In this document: piece after piece, positions 21,166 through 32,730 of the stretch
How positions within the stretch are numbered: position 1 is the stretch's first letter
Layout: every line of letters begins with the position of its first letter
Assembly: GCA_051941275.1 (NCBI GenBank)
Contig: JAVEBF010000076.1
Span: 1 to 33,130 of the forward strand
Direction of reading: 5' to 3'
Source: Dirinaria sp. TL-2023a
Lineage: Eukaryota
Length of the DNA stretch: 33,130 bases
Program-made: the position numbers and the translations under genes
Notes under the pieces: generated by a model
Database searches by the model: none
What the model saw: the letters and a program-made list of their open reading frames with translations, nothing else
What the model was told of the DNA's origin: nothing

Positions 21166-22492
21166 TCAACGGAACTCGATTGCGCCGAAGCAGCCATTGT
21201 CCCGGACGTGGGTGAGCTCGAGCTGTTGGAATCTGCGCCGAGGATCTGGATTAAAATCGTCTCTGCCAGGGCGGTGGAGGAGTGGATTTGCATCTGTTTT
21301 TTGGGCAATACAAAAAGGAAATGTGTTAGAAGATCGGGGTCCGGATGAAAAAAACAGTAGCTTACTTCTCACTTTTTGCATGGAAGTAGATCCCGCTCAC
21401 GGTTCCGTTGACCTGGTTGAAGCAGATGTAGTAGAAGCCCTCGAAGCTGGCGCCGATGATGTCGCGCACCCGGTGGTCGGGGACCAGGAACGCCTCTTTC
21501 CAGCGCATGAAGATGTTTTCGCGTTGGTGGAAGTTCGTGTAGTGGAATTCGGAGTTCTGGGCTTGCTGGCGGAGAGGCCGGAAGGCGGGGAAGCGCGCCC
21601 AGTGCTGCATGTCGGTTCGGTGCGTGGCGCCCCATTCTTCGTGGTGAGTGCGGAAGGTGTATTTGGGGCCGATGATCTCGCCTTCGAAGTAGGTGGTCAG
21701 AGTGGGGTGGTCCTCGGTGAGCCCTTGAGCTGGGTCAGCAATTCGGGCTACGATCAACAGTGATCTAGCTTGTACCTTCGATACGCAAGTAGCCACACAA
21801 AAACGAAGCGCCCATGTCCACGTGTTTCAACTCAACCTCAACCTTGTAGTTCTGGCGGTCCGACTGCTGGGTGCCAACGAACTTGCTGCCGGGTCGTAGA
21901 AAGGAGGAAGTGTACGTGGGCCGAAGCTGTGGGAGGCATCAGGGGATATTGCACTCAGGTGTTTCAAAATTTTACTTACGCGGGCATTGGACAGGAAGCC
22001 GTCAGAGGTAATGGTGTCGCCGTTGAAGTAGCCAGACATAGGCGGGACATGGTTCTCTCCACCATCTGGAGTGCTGATACCATCCGAGGTCCACGAACCC
22101 AACACGGTTCCATTGCTCACACCACCGTCACTTCGCGCATCTGCTTGACTGGGACTGAGCCCGGAGATGGTAGAGATATCTGACAAACCAGAGGTTAGCT
22201 CCGATTCCGTATCCATGGCGGCGGCTGTTGGTTGTGTGGAAGGTGTTTCTGGTGGGTTCGAAGCAGAAGCGTGCGTTGGCTGTTGTTGTGGTTGTTGTGG
22301 TTGTTCAGGCGCCGGACTGGCGCGTCCATGAAGGAGGGCATCATTAAATGGAGGATCTGCCGAAGTTTCGACGCGCTGAGAGGGCAATTCGGGTCTTTCA
22401 GGCTCTGGAGGGCATGATGCTGAAGTCGACCACACACTCTGCGGGTCCAAGCTACGCTGGAGCGAAGCAGTACTGGTCCTAGGAGTCGGCAT
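21166..22492 (-). CDS. GID4: Gid4/Vid24, Pro/N-degron substrate receptor of the GID/CTLH E3 ligase, 362 aa
   Basis: Exons 22492-21980, 21926-21776, 21723-21366, 21232-21166 (1089 nt). SSFLRPGSKFVGTQQSDRQNYKVEVELKHVD...[27 protein letters not shown]...WGA...DMQHWARF...IFMRWKEAFLVPD...GASFEGFYYICF...GIYFHAKSEKFQQLEL...AIEFR*. Confidence 0.93.
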
Positions 22493-22934
22493 GGAGAACG
22501 GAGATTATTTAAAAGATATAACAACAAGAGAAGAGAAGAGGGTCAGGCAGAAAGCAAAGGAGATCACAGGGACTGGATCCCCTCTCAGAGAACGGCATAC
22601 ATCGTGGAGATGGTGATCACTTGGCGACGAAGATTGAATGATAGGAATAACATTCAGAAGGATGGATTAAATGTACGCGGGGAAGGCTAAATAAGAAGCT
22701 CTTCAACTCGAAGCGAGGCAGTAGCGTGGGCGCTAGCCGTCGATCATTCCGGCCATGCGCTGATTGGTTACAAGATTCCACACTCAGGAAAGACATCTTT
22801 GAAGAAGTCTCAAGTGGTGGACTACCGAACTAAGATATATAATGGAATTTCAGACTCCCATGCCTGACGCCAGCTTGGAGCAGCTTTCATGCCCATCCTC
22901 CACCCCGTAGAACTAGACTTATGACTCAGACCGA

Positions 22935-23702
22935 CTAGATAGGCTTGATCTGGATACAATGTCAGTGGACAAATGCCAGCGAGGGCACGAAGCTCACCTT
23001 AAAATGGAGCGAGATCAGAGAAAACACAAGCGCTTTGAGATCCTGGACCAGATAGTAGAACACCCGCAAGCCTTCCGGATCTGCGGATTCGGTGACATCT
23101 ACCAGCGACCCGATCTTGGCTGTCTGTTGCATGATCCTTTAGTGCAATCACCCTCAACGTCAAGCCGCAAAGCAAACCTCGAAGGAGATATGCTCGTTCC
23201 CAAGCCGGATCTCGAGTTCTTGTCGCCCATCTTTGTTCTTCTCCGGCCACTTGGAATCATCCTCCCTTCGATCCGTCAGTAGCTGTAGACCTCCAGAATC
23301 ATTCTGCCTACTTCATGATTTCACTCTCCTTGATAATCCGCTTGATCTCGGAGATCAGAAGTGAACTAACACACACTGCGGAAATTAGCGTATTGGGTGG
23401 GCAGCCGTCATCTAGGACACACACTTTCTTTACGGATCAAAGAGTCATTGCGGTAGTTCGAATTGTTCGCATAGCGTGCTGATGCACTCCGACCGTCTCC
23501 AAGGGTACGGAAGTCGAACTCTGAGATCCATTAGCAGCTGCGCAAGGTACCGGTTCGAGCGCGGCTACCGCACCTAAGAATTCATGACCAAACCGCCCAG
23601 AGTGCCCTGAGCTGCGTGCGTCACGGTCAGCGGCTGCAGGGACCTGGGCAACATATTTTCTTACTAGTAGCGCACGTAGAATGGATCGTTAGAGGCAGAC
23701 AT
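22935..23702 (-). CDS. MAGO: Mago nashi, exon junction complex core protein, 154 aa
   Basis: Seven exons 23702-23665, 23611-23574, 23520-23425, 23375-23312, 23265-23178, 23123-22998, 22949-22935 (465 nt). [154 protein letters not shown]. Confidence 0.97.
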
Positions 23703-24106
23703 GTTGCGATAGTCCAGAAGAAGCTAAGTATGCACATGGAGCTTCAGAAGTATGATGGTTCCGGTTGGGGTTTCGGGGCCCGCCAGCTAGCGCCAAATTT
23801 ATTCGGCTGCTGAGTCGACCACAAATACCAACTTGAACAGCTCGCTCTAGGGATTGAGCCTTCCAGCAGCAAAGACCACAACGTCTAACCCTGAGAAAGA
23901 GTGAAAAGTTTCCCCGAGGCTGCTCTGCTCGTGACGCTCTTTGAGATACGCAGTCATCGTCACTCGCTTATCCCATCCTACCGTTCAATTGATGGGGTCT
24001 GTCCTGTTTCGAACGCCTGAACCCTCACGCAGTTACCTCTAGGAGTCTCGACGTCTCTGTCTACAGCTGTCTGGATCGCGAGCTGTACCGGAGGCAAGAC
24101 GCCACA

Positions 24107-27100
24107 ATGACGACTTTTCTGGAGCACGCCTACAGCGTGGTCCACCAGGACAATACCGCTGATCAACCTACACTACAGGAGCTTAAGGCACAGCTGGAAA
24201 AGGGCAACGATGAGACCAAGGTCGACACCATGAAGAGAATCCTCACCATAATGCTCAATGGTGATGCCATGCCCCAGCTCCTCATGCACATTATACGATT
24301 CATCATGCCTTCGAGGAGCAAGCCTCTGAAGAAGCTGCTATATTTCTACTACGAGATTTGTCCAAAGCTTGACGCTGGAGGGAAATTGAAGCAGGAGATG
24401 ATTCTTGTCTGGTAATATACTCAGCTCATTGAATTGTGCAGCGAAGACTAACTATGTGAGAAGTAACGGTATCCGGAATGACCTGCAACATCCGAACGAG
24501 TACATTCGAGGAAACACACTCCGTTTTCTATGCAAGCTTCGCGAGCCTGAACTGATCGAACCGCTTCTTACACCCGCTCGGTCTTGCTTAGAGCATCGAC
24601 ATGCGTACGTGCGGAAGAATGCAGTCTTCGCCGTGTCGTCTATATACCATCATTCAGAGTCCTTAATTCCTGATGCACCTGAATTATTACAAGCCTTCCT
24701 CGAGACCGAGAGCGACCACACATGCAAACGTAATGCGTTCGCTGCGCTGGCTGCTATGAGTCACGATAAAGCTTTGGAATACCTGAGCGGCGCGTTTGAT
24801 GGCATCCCAAACGCCGATGAGCTTCTCCAGCTTGTTGAGTTGGAATTTATCCGCAAAGATGCAGTGCAAAATACACAAAACAAGGTAAATTCCTATCAGC
24901 CTTTGCCTCCGACTGTGCCTTAATCTGTTACAGGCTCGATATCTACGACTCATCTTCGATCTGCTGGAGGCTGGCGCCACTACTGTTGTGTACGAAGCAG
25001 CCTCCTCGCTCACTTCTCTCACAAATAACCCTGTAGCCGTGAAAGCAGCCGCTACTAAATTCATAGAGATCAGTATTAAGGAAGCGGATAACAATGTCAA
25101 GCTCATTGTACTTGACCGTGTTGATCAGTTGCGCCAAAGGAATGAAGGCGTCTTGGATGACCTTACGATGGAAATTCTCCGAGTTCTGTCCAGCACCGAC
25201 ATTGATGTTCGCAAAAAGGCGCTCAATCTTGCGTTGGCAATGGTATCGAGCAAAAATGTCGAGGAGGTTGTGATGCTCCTAAAGAAAGAGCTTTCCAAAA
25301 CCCTGGACGAACAATACGAAAAGGTTTGATATTCAGCTGCTTAATAAGAATACCCATGTGCTAACAGATCTGTGTAGAATAATGAGTACAGACAATTACT
25401 CATACACTCGATTCATCAGTGCGCCATTAAATTCTCCGAAGTAGCAGCGTCAGTTGTGGAGCTTCTTATGGACTTCATTGCCGATTTCAATGCAACGTCA
25501 GCTGTAGACGTAATTTCGTTTGTGAAAGAAGTCGTTGAGAAGTTTCCTAAATTACGACCACCGATTGTCGAACGCCTTGTTTCCACGCTAAGCGAGGTTC
25601 GTGCAGGCAAAGTTTACAGAGGAGCCCTTTGGATAGTTGGCGAGTACTCATTAGAAGCCAATGATATTCGTGAGGCTTGGAAGAGAATTCGCGCAAGTCT
25701 TGGGGAGATTCCTATACTTTCTTCAGAGCAGAGGTTGTTAGACGAGGTTCCGGAAGAGAAGCAGGAGCTTCCTTCAGACCAGGTCAACGGTCACGCAACC
25801 AAATCGTCAAAACCCACCGGCTCCAGAAAAGTCCTCGCTGACGGCACGTATGCTACTGAGAGTGCTTTCACAAGCAACTCCAGCGCTGCTGCGAAATTAG
25901 AGGCGGTGAAGGCAGCCCAGAAGCCTCCTCTACGCCAGCTCATCTTGGACGGCGACTTCTACCTAGCATCAGTGCTTTCGTCGACATTAACAAAGCTTGT
26001 TATGCGCCACGCCGAGATATCTCAAGACGCAGCTCGAACAAACGCATTGCGAGCTGAAGCCATGTTGATAATGATTTCAATCATCCGTGTTGGCCAGTCA
26101 CAATTCGTCAAAGCCCCTATAGATGAGGACTCAGTTGACAGGATCATGTCCTGCGTAAGGTCCCTCGCGGAATTTGCTCAAAAGAGAGACCTTGAGACTG
26201 TTTTTCTCAATGATACGAGGAAAGCTTTCCGTGCTATGGTGCAGGTCCAAGAAAAGGAACGTGCTGCAAAAGAAGCAGATGAAAAGGCAAAGTCTGCAGT
26301 TCAAGTAGACGACGTTGTGTCCATCCGGCAATTGGCCAAGAAGACAACAGATGGATCAGACGAGTTTGACATGGACATTGAGAAAGCAACGGGTGGCGAC
26401 GCTGCATCCGAGAATTTGACTTCAAAGCTGAGCAGAGTGGTACAGCTCACTGGATTCTCCGATCCTGTTTACGCCGAAGCATACGTGCAGGTGCATCAAT
26501 TCGACATTGTGCTCGATGTTCTACTCGTCAATCAAACCTCAGAGACATTGCAGAATCTCTCTGTAGAGTTTGCTACTTTGGGAGATCTTAAAGTGGTCGA
26601 GCGCCCGACTACTCAGAACCTCGGCGCCCACGACTTCCAAAATGTGCAGAGCACGATCAAAGTCTCTTCCACCGATACAGGCGTTATTTTTGGCAATGTC
26701 GTGTACGATGGCCCTAGTTCAACAGAAAGCAATGTAGTCATTCTCAACGACGTCCATGTCGATATTATGGACTATATTCAACCAGCACACTGCACCGAGA
26801 CCCAATTCAGGACAATGTGGACCGAGTTTGAGTGGGAAAACAAAGTCAACATCAATTCGAAGGCCAAGTCACTGAGAGAGTTCTTGTCACAACTGACGGC
26901 TTGCACGAATATGACTTGTCTGACACCTGAAGCTTCAATGAAGGGCGACTGCCAATTCCTCAGCGCTAATCTGTACGCACGCAGTGTCTTCGGTAGGTCA
27001 GGAAACATCATGTCTCGGGTTCCTATGCTAATTTCTCCCAGGCGAAGACGCACTCGCAAATCTCAGTATCGAGAAAGAAGGTGAAGACGGGCCTGTGACA

Positions 27101-27193
27101 GGCTTTGTTCGGATACGGAGTCGATCACAAGGTCTTGCCCTAAGTCTTGGATCGCTGAAGGGTCTGAACAAAGTCGGGGCATCCAATGGATGA
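24107..27193 (+). CDS. SEC26: Coatomer subunit beta (beta-COP), 960 aa
   Basis: Exons 24107-24411, 24464-24884, 24934-25323, 25378-26992, 27042-27193 (2883 nt). [121 protein letters not shown]. Confidence 0.97.
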
Positions 27194-27747
27194 TAAAGAT
27201 TTGGCTTCGATGGTCTCTACGATCATCATGGATCTGACGAGATTTCTGCATTGACGTATCACGCAGTAGCGTTACGCTTACATTGCACCGCCGATAAAGC
27301 CATCTGCATGCCTCACGTTGGGATGCTTTGAGAGGTGACGTAAAGGTATACCAGGCGCTGAGGCGCAACGAACGGTTGCTGGCGAACAAAGGAAACGGAT
27401 GAGCCATCAATGTTCCGAGCAAGGTCTATGTATCTAGTTCCGCTCCAGCTTCTTGCCTAGCATAGCATGATACCGGGAGCATGAAAAGCGATAGCGGGTT
27501 CAAATTATTCCAATTAGATAGTCCATGTCAAAATTCCGTAAGCGAATTGAAACGTTACCTGGTGCTTTCCCTTGCATGTGTAGCCATTGTACCTGCATAC
27601 GATCGCTGCAGCAGCTAAGACAGGTACTCCAGTTGCGATGAGGGCAACCGTGGAATCAATCACAGCCTCAGCCGCATTCCGCATCCTTCGCCCGACATTT
27701 TCAACGTCCACTTCGCGTGGATAGCTTCACTATGATTTCGACTTCTA

Positions 27748-29390
27748 ATGGCTCCTCCTTCCATTGCTGATAGCGATCCATTCAAGGATCCTATCGCTCC
27801 GCTGGAAGAGGATGACGCTCTTACCGGCTCGACTCTTGTGGTCGGTCGGGATGCTTCTCTCACCCTGGCCACCGATTCCTTGATTGTTCTAGGTAAGATG
27901 CCACACAAACTCTCACAACGCATACGAGAGCTGACCGTAGAGCAGATGAGAACCTGCGAGGCAGAACCGTTAACTGCTGTGGTCTACTTCCCACCGGTAC
28001 CTACCCACATTCAGGCCAAGCGAGGCAACAATTGACATGACACACGCCTACAGACTCCAAAACCACGCAAGCAATACCATTCTTCAACATACTCTGGGCC
28101 GAAATTTCGGAGTTTGAGCTCATCATCACCTACGCGAAGCCTACGTCAAAAAAGGTGGTGCGCGTGGCATCAATCAACTACTTGACTGAGAAGACAGACC
28201 GGCGCCAATTAACCGCTTGGACAGCGAGACTGCTTGATCGAGCATACGGCAAGTCGCAGAGGAAGAAGAGGATCAAAGTCCTGATCAACCCTTTCAGTGG
28301 CAAGGGCAAAGCCCCGAAATGGTACCTTCGCGACATCGCGCCTATTTTTGCAGCAGCTCGTTGCGAAATCGATGTTGAGCGGACGAGGCTCAGCGGACAC
28401 GCAGTCGAGATCGCGGAGAAGCTCAATCTCAATGACTACGATGTCATCGCTTCGTGCTCAGGCGACGGGCTGCCCCATGAGGTTTTCAACGGCTTGGGCA
28501 AAAGGAAGGATGCGAGAAGGGCACTGTCGAAGGTCGCTGTGGTGCAACTACCCTGTGGATCAGGCAATGCCATGAGCTGCAATCTGAATGGAACAGACAG
28601 CACCAGCTTGGCCGCATTATGCGTCGTGAAGGGCATCCGGACGCCGCTCGATCTTGTCTCAATTACCCAAGGCGACACGCGCACATTGTCATTTTTGTCC
28701 CAGTCTCTTGGCATAGTCGCGGAAGTGGATTTAGGCACAGAACATATCCGCTGGATGGGCAGCGCAAGATTCACCTATGGGTTTCTGGCCCGCTTTTTGG
28801 CACAAAAGGTATACCCCTGCGATGTCGCTGTAAAGGTAGATATACCTACAAAAGCATCGGTAAGGGAACATTACAGGAAGGAAGTAGGTAACCAGGCGGA
28901 CAATGATGAGCGCCGGGAAAACATGTCCGAGGACAATGACTATGCCCTCCCAGAACTGGAGTATGGATCCATCAAAGATCCGCTTCCTTCGGATTGGTCC
29001 ATGGTCTCCTATGACCAGATGGGCAACTTCTTCGCCGGCAACATGGCTTTCATGGCGCCCGACGCCAACTTTTTCCCGGCCTCTCTACCCAATGATGGGC
29101 ATCTTGACCTCGTCACTGTTGACGGCGACATCAGCCGAGTCGCCGCCATCCAGTCTCTCTTGGCGGTCGAAAACGGGAAGTTCTTCGACATGCCTCACGT
29201 TACTTACCGGAAAATAAGCGGGTACCGGATCCGACCAAAAGATCAGAAGCAGGGGTATATAAGCATTGACGGCGAAAGGTTCCCGTTTGAGCCTTTTCAA
29301 GCAGAGGTACATAGAGGTCTGGGTACGGTTTTGAGTAAGACGGGGCATGTTTATGAAGCGCCAGGAGTTGCTCCCATTACAGGAGCTTAG
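27748..29390 (+). CDS. LCB4: Sphingoid long-chain base kinase (sphingosine kinase, Lcb4/Lcb5 family), 510 aa
   Basis: Exons 27748-27892, 27946-27996, 28054-29390 (1533 nt). VLINPFSGKGKA, SGDGLPHEVFNGL, LPCGSGNAM, TPLDL, AEVDLGTEHIRWMGSARF, PNDGHLDL, YISIDGE. Confidence 0.92.
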
Positions 29391-29595
29391 GCGTCAGCTG
29401 GCTGCCTTAAGGCGTTTTCGTAACATTTGGACCATTCAAAAGTGTGAAGGCTGCAATATCACCTTCAGTGGGTCATTGCAAGATTTATATAACATGAGAC
29501 GGTTTTCTGGAACCAATTCAAACGATTTATTGGGTATCTTCTCCTCTCCTAAACGCCCAGTGACGCCCTGCCAATAAACATACAATGGGAAAACC

Positions 29596-30363
29596 TCAGT
29601 CCTCGAAACCTCCCCAGCCGTCGTCATCACTTGACACAGCATCCTCGTCATCCAGCCGTACCACCTGCCCTTCTCCACCTTCCTTCCCCTCCCCGTCCAT
29701 CCATCCCTTCAATCTCTCGTCGCCCAAAGTATCCTTGGCCCTTAGCCTTAAAACCTTACTCCACCCTTCCCTTCCCAACCTCTCAATAGGCAGCATCAGC
29801 CTCTGCAAAACACCGTCCCCCATATCCTCAACCACACCCTCCAACCCATCAACCCAAACATCAAGAATATGATACCTCAACCCATCCGGCCACCCCTTGC
29901 GCCGCCCTTCCGTCCCCGGACCTGTACTCAACATCCCCTCATCCACAACCTCCAAATATTGCCCAACCAACCGCTCGTCCCACCCATTGGCGGCCAAATA
30001 CTCAAACCCAGCACTCACATACCCCCTCATCACCAACAAATATTTATCTAACCGCAGCCCCGGGATCGAAGACCATTGCTCCGACATCGTAGTCCAGAAG
30101 GCGCGCACGAAGGCCACGAAAGTCTCGGGCGGCAAGGGCGGGAGCAAGGAGCACAGTGAGCGGCAGAGAGATTGTTGAGGCAGTGGCCGGTCCGTGTGGA
30201 AGAGGGTGTAGAACAGCCCTTTCCAGATTTTCAGGTGGTCAAGGGGGGTGAGTGCGCGGGAGGGCGTGGAGAGGTAGAGGCGTAGAGAGGAGAGAGCTTT
30301 TTCGCGCGTGGGCCGGGAGGAGGAGGCGAGGGAGCGGAGGAAAGGCGGGGGTGGAGCAGACAT
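29596..30363 (-). CDS. RRP1: Ribosomal RNA-processing protein Rrp1 (Nop52 family), 255 aa
   Basis: Single-exon ORF. FLRSLASSSRPTREKAL, LKIWKGLFYTLFHTDRPLPQQ, FWTTMSEQWSSIPGLRLDKYLLVMR, GLRYHILDVWVD; acidic tail DDGWGGFED. Confidence 0.9.
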   Translation of the reverse strand: MSAPPPPFLRSLASSSRPTREKALSSLRLYLSTPSRALTPLDHLKIWKGLFYTLFHTDRPLPQQSLCRSLCSLLPPLPPETFVAFVRAFWTTMSEQWSSIPGLRLDKYLLVMRGYVSAGFEYLAANGWDERLVGQYLEVVDEGMLSTGPGTEGRRKGWPDGLRYHILDVWVDGLEGVVEDMGDGVLQRLMLPIERLGREGWSKVLRLRAKDTLGDERLKGWMDGEGKEGGEGQVVRLDDEDAVSSDDDGWGGFED

Positions 30364-31363
30364 TTTTGGTGGTCGTCGTAGTATGGTCGAGGGGCCCTTG
30401 TGGGAATATAGGAGCTGAAGGTGGTTCAGACTTCGGAGATCTGGTTAGCTAGCGGAGCTGGCTTTGGCTGCATGGTATAGCAGAAAGGAAAGGAAAAAAC
30501 TGGGGCCAAGGGTAGAGTGTTTTCACGTCCTCACGACAAAGCGATGGGATTATTAAACCAAGATAGGAGAGGACCCACATCTATTGTTTTGAGCAAAACA
30601 TTAACATAGGCGTTCCGGACCGTGCACCGGGTGGAGAATGGAAAGTATTAGCGCCCGACGCCTTACCCTTTCAAGCCTCGCGGACCGAGGCGAATCCGCT
30701 AAGAATATATAGATGAATAGCTAATCCATTAGAAAAGCTATTTCGAAACCTGGAGAAGTAGTTCCACTTACCTCTGCAACCTCAACTTTGACCGGCTCTG
30801 CGTTGTATACCACACATCCTGCTATCACACTTACTTCTCTCTATAATGAATCTACCGAATCGGGCCGAAAATTAAGCTATACACTAGTAAATTCAATTTT
30901 AGGCAGCAATATACTAAAAAAAATGAATTTACAATCATCAGAGTGAGTACGACCCCGCCGAGATGAAGACTTCTCATCTTTGCAACTTACTTCTCGTCTG
31001 CAACTCTCACATCTTGCAATCTGCTACCGATTTCCGTCTCGCCGAAACGATCGATTTCTACTGTCAGTAATTGACTAGTTGCAGAGCTAAAGAAGAGACA
31101 GTCTACCTCACTATCCGCTCTCCAAATCCTCACCTGCCCATTCAGCTCAATCTGGATGCGTGCTAATACTTCAATTTTTCACTTCTTTACTTCTCTCCGA
31201 TATTGCTAGGCTTTGCAGAAACAGTTGATTCTCTAGTAGAGTCAACTTAAATTCTCACTGCTCTAGTGTAGAGTCTACTGGTGTTTGAAGGTCGAAGCAA
31301 GAAGTGTATAGTCACGATCAAGGAGCATCACAGCTATCTAGTGATTTCAATAGGTCTGCAGCA

Positions 31364-32730
31364 ATGTCTTCGTAAGTCGTGGTCGAAATCTCCCCGAGTC
31401 CTACTTTACTAGTATTTCTCAGTTCTCACTTACTAATAGCTTTGGAAATAGCTCTAGTGCCGCGGCAAACAATAGCTCTGCTCGACCAGAATACGTCGAT
31501 CTCACAACAGTGAGCGACAGTGAGCACAGTGATGCAGCTACCAGCATCGGAGACCAGTCCCGGGGGCGCTCGACAACCACCAGCTCCAGGAAGAGACAGT
31601 CTTCAGATCACAGCTCAGACTCAGACATCGTGATCAAACGGCCGCGAAGGGCCGCGACAACACAAACTTCTGCTCCGACCACCAGCACCACCACTCTCAC
31701 TGCTCCCGTCATCCGAGTAGCCTCTCCCCGCCCCAGCTTCATCGACGCACCTGCTCTGCGAAAGCAGGTCGTCAGAAACCTCAAGGAGCTCACGGGCCCG
31801 AAAGTCAAGGTCGTCAACGACATCGACGACTCCTCCCCTCCCGTCAACTTCCGCTTCGTCAACGACAACGTGCTCGCCGCCGGCGTTCAGAAAGCGGACG
31901 AGCAATTCATGACCGGATGCAACTGCCATCCGGAGAACGGGAGGAACATCGGCTGCGAGTACCTCTACTGCGAATGTGTCGAAGAGTCCGAGCCCAACGC
32001 ACAAGGACAGCGGCACTTCGCCTACTCGGCTGCCAAGCGCAGCTTTGGTTGTCTCCGCGACGTACACCTGCGGACCCGCGATCACATCTACGAGTGCAAC
32101 AAGATGTGCAACTGCGGGGACAACTGCAAGAACCGGGTAGTGCAATGGGGTCGGAAGGTGCCGTTGGAGATTTTCAAGACCACGAACCGTGGCTGGGGTA
32201 AGCAATCACTTCCTCTCACTTCAGTAAGGTACATCATGCTAACCACTGCTCTTTCCTTAGGCCTGCGATGCCCCAAGGCTCTTCAAAAGGGCCAATTTAT
32301 CGACACGTACCGCGGTGAGATCATCACCAACGAGGAGTCGGACCGGCGCGGGTTCGCGCGGCAGGAGAACGAGGACAACTACCTCTTCGGGCTGGACAAG
32401 TTCTGCGAGGCTGGTGAGCAGGAGCCGACGTACGTGATCGACGGCATGCACATGGGCGCCCCGACGCGCTTCATCAACCACTGCTGCCAGCCCAACTGCG
32501 CGATCTACACGGTCTCGTACAATCATAACGATAAGAACATGTACGAGCTGGCCTTCTTCGCGATGCGCGACATCCCCGCCCTCGACGAGCTCACCTTCGA
32601 CTACAAGGACAACGACGAGACGTTCGTCATCACCGATGCCATGGCCGATGAGATGGAGAAGGAGAACGGCGAGAGGCCCACCAAGTGCCTCTGCGGCGCC
32701 CAGGAGTGCCGCGGCTATTTCTTCCACTGA
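31364..32730 (+). CDS. DIM-5: Histone H3K9 methyltransferase DIM-5/Clr4 (pre-SET, SET, post-SET; no chromodomain seen), about 407 aa
   Basis: Exons 31364-31371, 31452-32197, 32261-32730 (1224 nt; 5' end less certain). Pre-SET GCNC...GC...CEC...IYECNKMCNCGDNCKNRVV. SET LEIFKTTNRGWGLRC...FIDTYRGEII...YLFGLD...TRFINHCCQPN...ELTFDY. Post-SET CLCGAQECRG. Confidence 0.93.

Noticed and set aside
30541..30548. PAC-like element GCGATGGG in the RRP1 promoter
   Set aside because: One mismatch to GCGATGAG, single copy and no clear RRPE partner; too weak to call.
1523..32730. Cryptic peroxisomal PTS1 via stop-codon readthrough
   Set aside because: None of the stop codons has the TGA-CTA readthrough context, and the downstream frames I read do not end in an SKL-type tripeptide.
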